DNA from: Octopus bimaculoides
Taxonomy: Eukaryota
NCBI RefSeq assembly: GCF_001194135.2
Contig: NC_068985.1
Span: forward strand, 37,429,479 to 37,493,478
DNA: 64,000 bases
Reading direction: 5' to 3'
Shown here: piece after piece, positions 41,322 through 51,958 of the stretch
How the letters are laid out: each line of letters opens with the position of its first letter
How positions within the stretch are numbered: position 1 is the first letter of the stretch
Position numbers and translations under genes: made by a program
The notes under the pieces: generated by a model
The model's input: only the letters and a program-made list of their open reading frames with translations
Database searches by the model: none
Told to the model about the DNA's origin: nothing

Positions 41322-41526
41322 CTTACAAACAATATGATATTTCGATTTTAGTTCTTGATGAAATAGCTTATTCATCTCAGTCGGATTAATCAATTGTGCA
41401 TTAATTACGTNNNNNNNNNNNNNNNNNNNNNNNNNNNNNNNNNNNNNNNNNNNNNNNNNNNNNNNNNNNNNNNNNNNNNNNNNNNNNNNNNTAATGAAAT
41501 CTTGAAATATTCATCTGTCTATTTTC

Positions 41527-41577
<51 letters not shown>

Positions 41578-41943
41578 TTCTTTTCCTCATGTGACCATCT
41601 TTCTTTTCCTGCACGACGTTCCAAGAACTGGACGTCTTCTATCTCTCTCTTATATCTTTTCTCTTTTCAACGAAATTATTTTTCCCGGCGTTCACTATTT
41701 TCCTCTTGTTCTGGTCTAACGACACCCCTTGCTTGTTTTCGTTCGGTTTCCTTGTATGTCTCCACTGTCCTCTTTTTGTTCTCAACTTTGGCCCTCCATA
41801 AATTCAAAATTTTATTTTGGAATTTATAGGAGCAACTGTCTTCGAAGACTCATATTGTCGCGGAATGCTCGAAATAAAGAAGTAAATAAATAGCCGACAA
41901 CTGATGAAGGGTCGTTCTCCGTGTTGTTTGTCCTGTTTTCCAT

Positions 41944-42240
41944 TTGAACTCAGAACGTAACGGCAGACGAAATAGCGCTAACGCTCCTGCCAGCTCGCCG
42001 GTAACAATTCTGCCAGCTCGCTGCCTTTAAGCCTGTACTGGTTTAAATCTAGGCACAAGTCCAGCAAGTGTGGAGAGAGGGGGGAATAAATCGATTACAT
42101 CGATCCTAGTGTTCAACTGACAGGATGAAATGCAAAGTCGACCTCGTCCGAACGTGAACTCTCAGAACATAAAGACGGACGAAACGCCGCTAAGCATTTT
42201 GTCCGGCTTTCTAACGGGTCTGCCAGCTTGCCATCTAAGC
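41944..42240 (-). mobile_element. SINE family A fragments plus one near-complete copy
   Basis: Family motifs GAACTCAGAACGTA...GACGAAA and CTGCCAGCT(C/T)GCC. Confidence 0.7.
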
Positions 42241-43231
42241 CTCTCTATAGTAATAACAAGCATTGTAGAACGGGCAACTTATTTGGTTAACATTGTTTTC
42301 TTTTGGAAATTACGTAATGTTAAATAGATTTTTGAGTACCGCGGATACCATATTAATATTAAGAAGGCTATTTAAACCTGGGTAGAATTTACTGGATTTT
42401 GCAAATTACTGAATTTACTGGATTTTGCAAAACTAAATGTAATTAATATTGGATATTTGCAGCAGTGTATCAAAAAGTTTTGAGCAGAAAGGAAAACGTT
42501 GGATATATCTTTCATAATGATAATCACTTCAATGTGTACAGAAGAAATATATTGTCATCTTGGGACAAAGAAGACATTTATATATTTTAACAACTTCAAG
42601 TAGTCGTTATGAAAAAGAAGTCCACTTATAATAAATGAATAGCAATATAACATGCTTGAAGACCGGTCTCTACAGATACGTATGACTACAGTCTACTTAG
42701 TAATATTTGTTCAAGGATATAGCTAATAGTTTAGAAGATGTAAGCAACTTATAATTATTTCTCATACAAAGACGACGAGAAATATTTCAAGAATGTACTC
42801 TTACGAGGCTCCTGTCTGCTCTCGAGAAGTTTTAATTACGAGAATGATAAAACTTGTATGTATACATGTATGTTAGTATGCACACACAAAGAAACCCACT
42901 TACACATACAAACATGTATTTGAATGTATGTATTTATGCATATATGTATGATGTATATATCTATGTATATAAGTATATATATATATATATATNNNNNNNN
43001 NNNNNNNNNNNNNNNNNNNNNNNNNNNNNNNNNNNNNNNNNNNNNNNNNNNNNNNNNNNNNNNNNNNNNNNNNNNNNNNNNNNNNNNNNNNNNNNNNNNN
43101 NNNNNNNNNNNNNNNNNNNNNNNNNNNNNNNNNNNNNNNNNNNNNNNNNNNNNNNNNNNNNNNNNNNNNNNNNNNNNNNNNNNNNNNNNNNNNNNNNNNN
43201 NNNNNNNNNNNNNNNNNNNNNNNNNNNNNNN

Positions 43232-43262
<31 letters not shown>

Positions 43263-43329
43263 CACGCATATAATATATATGTTTATATATGTATATGCAT
43301 ATATGTGTGTGCGTGTGTGTGTAGGTATG

Positions 43330-43545
43330 TGTGTGGCAAACGACCGAGACATAAACCTAAGAAACGTTTTAGGGATGTTGTCAAAAGTAACCTTAAGGCT
43401 CTTAATGTGAAAGATGACGCAAGATAACGCAAGATCAATCGGGTTTGGAAACAAATGACCTACAATAGATGTAAAGCATTTGAAGCTCAAAGAATTGAAG
43501 AATCTATCTTGAAACGAGCACTTCGTAGACAGGACTTAACTACAA
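43330..43545 (+). mobile_element. RTE-type LINE 3' fragment
   Basis: GKRPRHKPKKRFRDVVKSNLKALNV...WKQMTYNRCKAFEAQRIEESILKRALRRQ. Confidence 0.7.
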
Positions 43546-43712
43546 TCCAAGACACTTTTCTGCTTAAAAATTTTATAAGATCTGCAGTAGAGTTTGTTTG
43601 TCAAGAGTAGAACTTGCTCGTCATATAAGATCTCATGACAGAATTTATTATTGGAAGAGATGGCCTTCTTCTGTAAAGAAGTGGCAATCATCATATATAT
43701 ATATATATATAT

Positions 43713-44314
43713 ACTAGCAGCTAAGCCCGGTTTCACCCGTTCGGTTTGGATGATGTGGCTGTAAAACCTGCTCTGTGTAAGCATTCGACTTATTTAGGGA
43801 CACTTACGTTAAAAAACAATTTTAGAATCAAAAAATAAACTCAGATACTACGCGAACAAAGATGAACCATCCCACTTCCACTGCGCGCGCGCATACGCCA
43901 ACACACACGCACACACACACACACACACACAAACAAACACAAACACACACACACACGCACATACACAGATTCACATACCCCCTTTAACATACACACATAT
44001 ATTCACACAGAAACGCTGTTTGATTTATTTTTTTAAGCGTACAATTTTCATCATCCCACTACCAAGTATGACATCACCCCTTCCTTCCTTATTCATATAT
44101 CACCTCTTCCTTTCTCATTCATAAACACAAGCATATTATTATAGTAGATAATCTCGGTAACTATAGGAGTTATGAAAAAAATAATACGAAGCCCAGCATC
44201 ACCACCGGATCATTCTACACATCTGTGTAATTTTTCGCGCAATTCCACCCAGCTGTTTGAGCGTGAATCCCAAGACAAGAAAGAATCGCCCATGTCAAAT
44301 TTATATGTATAGAT
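43713..44314 (+). mobile_element. Helentron/DINE-1-like non-autonomous element (HINE)
   Basis: Starts ACTAGCAGCTAAGCCCGGTTTCACCCG, carries an internal (CA)n and ends TTATATGTATAGAT, the usual DINE/HINE layout. Confidence 0.55.
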
Positions 44315-44619
44315 ATATTCATTTATACCTAAGAAGATATATGTATGGCACATAAAAATTGTGTGTGTGTGATTTAGTCAATTAATTAGATCCAATGACT
44401 TCATTAGTATTTATGAGAGAAAATCAAAACTGGCCCCGAGTAATGAGAGAAATCAAAACTGACCACATAAAATTTGAACCCAGGACGTAACGTGACCTAG
44501 GTAAATATCGCTAGTGTTTAATTAGCACTCATTGTTTTCGAGTCACAGAAACGTTTTCACGACAGCGAGAAGAAAAATAGCAAGATCTACATCTACGCAT
44601 ACAGCAACAATATTAGTTT

Positions 44620-45012
44620 GTGATACAGGCAGAAGACCACAAATTTCGGAAGCGAGGCAGTTGATTAAATCGACACATATCCTTGATTGGTACTGTGTTT
44701 ATTGACTTCAGCGAGATTTGAACTCACGTACTAAACAGCTGGTAAATATATCGGCAGGCATATCGACTGATACTTAAACGATTCTGTCAATCCACTGCTC
44801 TTATGAATAGTTACATGTGCACATGGATAGAAATTTCAGCGAAAGGGTTTAGAGGACTATGTCGACCCCAGCCTTTGAGTGGCAAGCTTTCAGTGGCAAG
44901 CTTTGAATGAAAGGCAAAGTTGATACGGGCAGGAATTGAAATCAGAATGTAAAGGAAGTGGAACAAATACTACAATGCAATTTGCCCGATGCCATAAAGA
45001 TTCTGCCAATCC
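44620..45012 (-). mobile_element. Two old, degenerate SINE family A copies
   Basis: GAAAGGCAAAGTTGA...GGAATTGAA and related motifs. Confidence 0.55.
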
Positions 45013-45115
45013 AAAATAACAATAAGTATGTATAACATATATAGCTTAATGGAAAGGAGTTCCTAAGGGATCAGCGAATGTGCAAGAACTAGAAGGCAAA
45101 TCTCTTTCAAACATT

Positions 45116-45488
45116 GTTGTTGGCACTCAGTCGCTTACGACGTCGAGGGTTCCAGTTGATCCGATCAACGGAACAACCTGCTCGTGAAATTAACGTGCAA
45201 GTGGCTGAGCACTCCACAGACACGTGTACCCTTAACGTAGTTCTCGGGAATATTCAGCGTGACAAGGCTAACCCTTTGAATTACACGCACAACAGAAACA
45301 GGAAGTAAGAGTGAAAGAAAGTTGTGGTGAAAGAGTACAGCAGGGTTCGCCACCATCCCCTGCCGGAGCCTCGTGGAGCTTTAGGTGTTTTCGCTCAATA
45401 AACACTCACAACGCCCGGTATGGGAATTGAAACCACGATCCTATGACCGCGAGTCCGCTGCCCTAACCACTGGGCCATTGCGCCTCCA
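45116..45488 (-). mobile_element. Full-length tRNA-derived SINE family B
   Basis: Matches 30522-30904. Confidence 0.9.
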
Positions 45489-46080
45489 CCCTTCAAATAT
45501 AGTACCGTCTTTAACAAACGTAAACGAAAAATTGGTTAATGTAGCTATGACCATCTCATTTCCTCGTTATATAATCGGGTGGTCACAACGAGAGAACCTT
45601 TTGGTCATAGGTCTTTTCAATGAAGACTGACATCAGGCGAAAACAAAAAACAACAACAAAAACACCCACGGCAAAAACATATGGGTGTCACATTGAAATA
45701 ATTTCTTGGTAGGTGATGATAGAGAAAAACAAGGAGCAAATGAAAAGAAAAAGAAATATTACTGTAGTAACCACAACACTACCAAAAATAAAACATAACT
45801 AATAAAAACATTTGATAAGTAGTTATTAAGGAGATAAAATTGTAGAGAAAGATTTAGAGGGGGAATAAGGCGAAACATAATAGATGAGATACTAACAATA
45901 AAGAAATTGTTTTGATATTTATTAACAGCTGGTTTAAATGAAATCTGAAACTCGTAAATCTCAGTTTAAATTGCATACACACTTAAACGTGTGCGGTAAC
46001 CCTTAGAATATTTACGCATACATTCTCATCAGGGACCTCACAAGGATCTCATCAGGGATCTCACATAAACTCAACACATT

Positions 46081-46125
<45 letters not shown>

Positions 46126-47066
46126 NNNNNNNNNNNNNNNNNNNNNNNNNNNNNNNNNNNNNNNNNNNNNNNNNNNNNNNNNNNNNNNNNNNNNNNNNNN
46201 NNNNNNNNNNNNNNNNNNNNNNNNNNNNNNNNNNNNNNNNNNNNNNNNNNNNNNNNNNNNNNNNNNNNNNNNNNNNNNNNNNNNNNNNNNNNNNNNNNNN
46301 NNNNNNNNNNNNNNNNNNNNNNNNNNNNNNNNNNNNNNNNNNNNNNNNNNNNNNNNNNNNNNNNNNNNNNNNNNNNNNNNNNNNNNNNNNNNNNNNNNNN
46401 NNNNNNNNNNNNNNNNNNNNNNNNNNNNNNNNNNNNNNNNNNNNNNNNNNNNNNNNNNNNNNNNNNNNNNNNNNNNNNNNNNNNNNNNNNNNNNNNNNNN
46501 NNNNNNNNNNNNNNNNNNNNNNNNNNNNNNNNNNNNNNNNNNNNNNNNNNNNNNNNNNNNNNNNNNNNNNNNNNNNNNNNNNNNNNNNNNNNNNNNNNNN
46601 NNNNNNNNNNNNNNNNNNNNNNNNNNNNNNNNNNNNNNNNNNNNNNNNNNNNNNNNNNNNNNNNNNNNNNNNNNNNNNNNNNNNNNNNNNNNNNNNNNNN
46701 NNNNNNNNNNNNNNNNNNNNNNNNNNNNNNNNNNNNNNNNNNNNNNNNNNNNNNNNNNNNNNNNNNNNNNNNNNNNNNNNNNNNNNNNNNNNNNNNNNNN
46801 NNNNNNNNNNNNNNNNNNNNNNNNNNNNNNNNNNNNNNNNNNNNNNNNNNNNNNNNNNNNNNNNNNNNNNNNNNNNNNNNNNNNNNNNNNNNNNNNNNNN
46901 NNNNNNNNNNNNNNNNNNNNNNNNNNNNNNNNNNNNNNNNNNNNNNNNNNNNNNNNNNNNNNNNNNNNNNNNNNNNNNNNNNNNNNNNNNNNNNNNNNNN
47001 NNNNNNNNNNNNNNNNNNNNNNNNNNNNNNNNNNNNNNNNNNNNNNNNNNNNNNNNNNNNNNNNNA
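46126..47066. other. Largest assembly gap (N-run), flanked by (CT)n and (TA)n
   Basis: Run of N; one of about 20 gaps, most of which sit next to microsatellites. Confidence 0.95.
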
Positions 47067-47167
47067 TATATATATATATATATCCAATTATTCATATATG
47101 TATGTAAATTTATGAATAAGTATTTACGCACGTCCACTCAGCAAGCAAAAAGGAGTAGTAACTGTCT

Positions 47168-47319
47168 TTCAAATGGCTAACCTTGTCACATTCTGTGCCA
47201 CGCTGAATCTCCGTGAGTGTCTGTTGAGTGCTCGGCCACTTGCACGTCAACTTCACCAGTAAACTGTTCCATTGGTCGGATCACCTGGAGCACTCATCCT
47301 CATAACCGACGGAGTGCCA
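47168..47319 (+). mobile_element. SINE family B 3' fragment (tail T1)
   Basis: CTTGTCACA...CCACTTGCACG...GACGGAGTGCCA. Confidence 0.7.
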
Positions 47320-47489
47320 GTTTTTGTTAATTTTTTTATGTATGTTTGTATTATATTTTGAAAACCTTGCTATAGGTGATGGCATTGAGAAAGTTGACGT
47401 TACGATACGTGAATATTGTTGCCTGAACGGCCGTGAAGTTGCCGTTGAGATAAACATGTGTAAAAGAAATTGAAGATGTATCACGTTAC

Positions 47490-47586
47490 GGGCATATTGC
47501 GTAGTGGTTAAGAGCGCGGGTTACTAACTCTAAGATTCCGAGTTCGACTCCAAGCAGTGACCTAAATAATAATAATAATAATAATG

Positions 47587-47617
<31 letters not shown>

Positions 47618-47773
47618 CAACAACAACATCGAAAAATACCTTAGGAATGAGAACCCAGGTTCGAAATTTCCCCAAGACACCTGAAGAAGGCTGGAGGGTA
47701 TATCAGCCGAAACGTTGTGTTAGCAACAAACAAGATGAGGACAAACATCCGCCGAATGTAAATAATGTGAATA
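47490..47773 (+). mobile_element. tRNA-derived SINE carrying an internal minimal hammerhead ribozyme, flanked by a 14-bp TSD
   Basis: tRNA-like head GGGCATATTGCGTAGTGGTTAAGAGC with A-box and B-box GTTCGACTCC (47542-47551), then an (AAT/AAC)n spacer, an HHR at 47676-47721 and an AATAATGT-type repeat tail. The direct repeat ATGTATCACGTTAC lies at 47476-47489 and 47774-47787. Confidence 0.85.
47676..47721 (+). ncRNA. Minimal type I hammerhead ribozyme motif with canonical core
   Basis: GACAC-CTGAAGA-A-GGCTG[gagggtatat]CAGCC-GAAA-CG-T-T-GTGTT. Stem I GACAC/GTGTT, stem II 5 bp, palindromic stem III ACGT; predicted cleavage after GUU at 47716. Confidence 0.8.
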
Positions 47774-48304
47774 ATGTATCACGTTACTGCAAAATGTGTG
47801 CTGTGTCTGATGACAAATAAAAAGAACAACAACAGATTCACAGATAAAGAGCTGTTTGTTTAATGATATGAATACTCTCAAGAAGTGCTATGATAGATGA
47901 CGAGCAACAGTGAGTTGGATCATCGTAACTGCGACCAAGAATGCATATCAGAGTCACTCAAATTCTTTTCACTGTAATCATAATTTTGGTCTACGCGGTC
48001 AGACGATCACTAAAGGGATTTATTTGGAATTTCTCTGGCATTTGAAAGAGGCAATGCAAAGGAAGGACATACACACAAACACACAGACAAACAGACAAAT
48101 GCACACATACACAGATAAAGCACACACACACACACGTATATAAATGAATATACGCTCTCGAACCAACCTTATATTGAAACAGTAAGACGCATTTATAATA
48201 ATTATACAAACGTGGGTGAGCACTAGCTATAATAGTTTGTCTCAGAGACACTTCTCAAAGACGTTGAAAACACGCAGCTACATTCATAACACCAGGAGAT
48301 CGGC

Positions 48305-48345
48305 GGACAGAGTGTTTCGAATTTATTTGGTCTCCTCAGTGACTA
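48305..48345 (-). ncRNA. Degenerate hammerhead motif
   Basis: Minus strand: AGTCA-CTGAGGA-GACC[aaataa]ATTC-GAAA-CAC-T-C-TGTCC. The core is intact but stems I and II pair only partly. Confidence 0.35.
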
Positions 48346-48456
48346 ATGCCTGGGATAGCCTATGCTAATCTCTAAACAGCGTAATAGCCGAGAAATCTGC
48401 TTTTTATATGACAACTAAGTGTTTACTCTATCGTTTGGAAAAAGCAATCTTTTGGG

Positions 48457-48496
48457 TTAACTCTGACGAGCGGTCAACAAACTGCGAAATAGTTGG
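48457..48496 (+). ncRNA. Hammerhead relic lacking stem III
   Basis: TTAACT-CTGACGA-GCGGT[caacaa]ACTGC-GAAA-T-AGTTGG. Canonical core, 5-bp stem II, 6-bp stem I, but only one base lies between GAAA and stem I. Confidence 0.5.
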
Positions 48497-49721
48497 TCAA
48501 GACTGTTTACACGCTATTTTTAAACACATATGTATTCTTCTATTTTAGAAATTTAAGTCATCAGATTGCAGCCAAGATTGTACATCCCTTTCAAGCTTTT
48601 AAGCCGAGTGCAGTTACCCAGTACTTTCTCCAGTTTGGCACATAATTGTCTGTATTCAGAGTTGTATTTATTTTCTTTCACTCAGTACCAAAGCCACAAA
48701 AAAATATCCATTTATAGTTAGTTAACTATAAGCTGCATAAGCACACATATATCTGATGTAATACATCAAACACTCGAGACGATTATAGAACATAATTACC
48801 CGCACGACCGCTATGTATAATCTTTGTTCTCTCTTGTACGCACTTTTATAAATGCTTGAACTTCGCTCTGTGTGTACAATTGTACGAGTGCATGCATCTC
48901 TCTTTATCTACGTTTCTTTCTCTCTCTCTCTCTCCATGTGTGTGTGTGTATGTGTGTGCTTTTGTATATTTGTGTGTGTATTTGTGTGTGTGTATGTGTA
49001 TGTATATATGTGTATGCACGTGTGTGTGTGAGTGTGTGTTAGCTAGAAAGTGGAACAAGAGTATATCATAGTTCATTAATACAGTGGCACCATTTAAAGA
49101 GTACAACTTAATGTAATGTGAGATTAATTATTTATTTTCCCATGCAGTATATAATACAACAAGTGTATAGAAATATACTTATTTTTGCAGTTAAAATTAC
49201 ATGTGGTTAAAAATCCTATTTAATGATATTATATTCTGCAAGTAGACCATCACTATTTCGAAACCTCAGGAGTGTCTTTAACGATTTGAAATCCATATAA
49301 TCCGTCATAAGATAACTTAATCCAATAACTACAATTCGAACGAACCTCCAAATCCGCCAGAAATAGCAGACAACTACACTATGTTGATAGAAGAAGAACA
49401 CAACAGATAATATAGTCGGAGATTCTTTTGGAAAAGCGGTGTGGTCGTGGTAGGAGCGGCTTTTATTATAGGTTTGCTGGATCAGGGCTGAAAAGGTGTT
49501 TAACAGGAATAACAGCATGTGCAGGTTTAACTTAAAACAGAATTTTGGAACACGGGGGTAGATCATGAGACCGAGTAGCCACATGCTGGGGTGGGGATAA
49601 GTGTTTTCTCGGCCTAGACTGAAAATCCGGACAAGATCCACCCTCATGCACCCGAAGTTTCGAAACTGACAATCTCTGTCTTCCTGTCTCTGTCTCTGTC
49701 TCACTCTCTCTCTTGCACTAA

Positions 49722-49724
<3 letters not shown>

Positions 49725-49809
<85 letters not shown>

Positions 49810-49842
49810 CACACACACACGCACACGCATACACACACACAT
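49725..49842. repeat. (CA)n microsatellite
   Basis: Directly visible. Confidence 0.95.
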
Positions 49843-50708
49843 ATATATGTACCTATATTAGGATCAAGTGTCTCACTCTACCCCATAGCATCCTTTAATT
49901 CTCTGTTACACACACATACATACACATGACATACACACACACATATATATATAACATATACATATACACGTTATAAGGACGTATGTATATTTAACAACAT
50001 ATGTAACCAAACATTGATTTACAATGACATAAATAGCAGATGTTTAAGAAAAAATGACGGAAGGGGAGTATTTTAATAAGCAGGAAATGATTTTTAAATG
50101 ATATTACTTATCTATTCTGAAAGTCTTTAGTGGTTTTGAATAAAAAAAAAAATCAAAACAGCAACATAAGAACTACTTGACTTGGTTTTTATGGGTGCTT
50201 CATAATGGTGGGGGTTACGTTGGAGCTAATGATAAGATGTATGAGAAAATATATTAATGGTATTAATGATAATAATAAACGTAATCTTGATAATAATGAT
50301 ATATACACTTTTATGATTTTCTTGTTATTAGAAGCTATGTGAAATATAAGCTGACACAAACTCTTAGCCAAGCCATTAATTGTGACAACAGTCAATGGCT
50401 TCTTAATTTGCTAATATCAGTAACTAATATCAATTAAGGATGCCCGAATGCTCATACAAAATCACACACAAACTTCTGTATACACACACGCGTGCGATAG
50501 CCACACGCATATATACATAGTCATACGCCACACGTTCTATTCGGTTATACCTATTTATAAGCAAGTAAAGGAATACACAAACACATGCACGCACACGCAC
50601 ACAAACACATATATATAAATAGACACACACACATATATATATAGATATATACATACACAAATATATATCTACATATATACGTATATATATGTGTATATAT
50701 ATATGTAA

Positions 50709-50740
<32 letters not shown>

Positions 50741-51530
50741 NNNNNNNNNNNNNNNNNNNNNNNNNNNNNNNNNNNNNNNNNNNNNNNNNNNNNNNNNNNN
50801 NNNNNNNNNNNNNNNNNNNNNNNNNNNNNNNNNNNNNNNNNNNNNNNNNNNNNNNNNNNNNNNNNNNNNNNNNNNNNNNNNNNNNNNNNNNNNNNNNNNN
50901 NNNNNNNTATATGAATATGTTGAATATGTTATCTAAAAGCTTTTTAATAAATATTACGTCAGTTTAACTAAATGTCTATCAAATTAACTGGAACTGTCTC
51001 TTATCCTCTTATCCAACGTCGCTGAAAACTTTTGAGTTTCCAGTGCTGGATATTAAGACTGGCCGCTGCTGAATATTTCTTTTCTTTTCTTTTTCCATTT
51101 AAAAAAAAAACAAAAACAAAATAAAACAAGACTCTAAGCTATCAGTTTCAATTTAGTATTCTCTATGTCTTTTAATCATTCAAATGAAAATACATCTATA
51201 TATTTCACACACAGAGAGGGAGAGGCCTATATAATTTTTATATAAAAAAAGAAATATTGTCAATGACTTTCAAGTTTCCGTTTCTCTGCGGTTGCCGCAT
51301 TGTCTGGTGCGGTAGACTACTTAGCAGAATTTGTTGCCTTCAATATGACCTTGGATATGAATCGATCTCAAGATTTTTGCAGAAAATTCAGAGTTCGGTT
51401 TATGACTTCCGCATTGTCTGACATAACGAGGGTAACCTGCCGCAAAGTCATATAATAAGGCCTTGGCATTTATACGCAGACATTAACTGAAATAGTTTTC
51501 TCTATGTGAAAAATAGAATAAATTAGATCG

Positions 51531-51958
51531 CCATCGCTTATGACGGCGAAGGTTCCAGTTCATCCAATCAACGGAACAGCCTACTAGTAAAATTAAAGAG
51601 CAAGTGGTTGAGCACTCCGCAGACACACGTACCCTGAACATAGTTCCCAGTGAGATTCAGCGTGACACAGAAAGCGACATGGTCGGCCCTTTGAATTACA
51701 TATAAAACTCATTTTTGCCAGCTAAGTGATGTCTTGCAAACAACTTGCACATGCAAGTGCTACCAGTCGAGAACTCCGCATACCGGAAGCCAGCAAGTGC
51801 ATGGGGTCATCAGGAGAGAATGCGCGCCGTTTCGGGGCCTACCTCTCGACGGCATCAATGCGCACCGGCAACGTGAAATAAAACGTCTTGCTCAAGGACA
51901 CATCGTGCCGCCGAGAATTGAGCTCACGGCTTGAATATGCTTTACCAATAAGTCAAGG
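51531..51958 (-). mobile_element. SINE with body M2 and tail T1, interrupted by a ~135-bp GC-rich insert (51730-51864)
   Basis: TTTTGCCAGCTAAGTGA | insert | CCGGCAACGTGAAATAAAACGTCTTGCTCAAGGACAC, compared with the uninterrupted body at 18848-18902. Confidence 0.7.

Noticed and set aside
46020-46066. Tandem CTGATGAGA duplicates on the minus strand
   Set aside because: This is a ~23-bp local duplication with no GAAA or stems.
47490-47562. Functional tRNA gene (anticodon position ACT)
   Set aside because: The acceptor and anticodon stems do not pair; it is a SINE head. The same applies to the other tRNA-like heads.
51800-51866. HDV-like ribozyme fold on the plus strand (P3 GCC/GGC, P2 UGCGC/GCGCA)
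   Set aside because: P1, P1.1, the L3 consensus and P4 do not fit.
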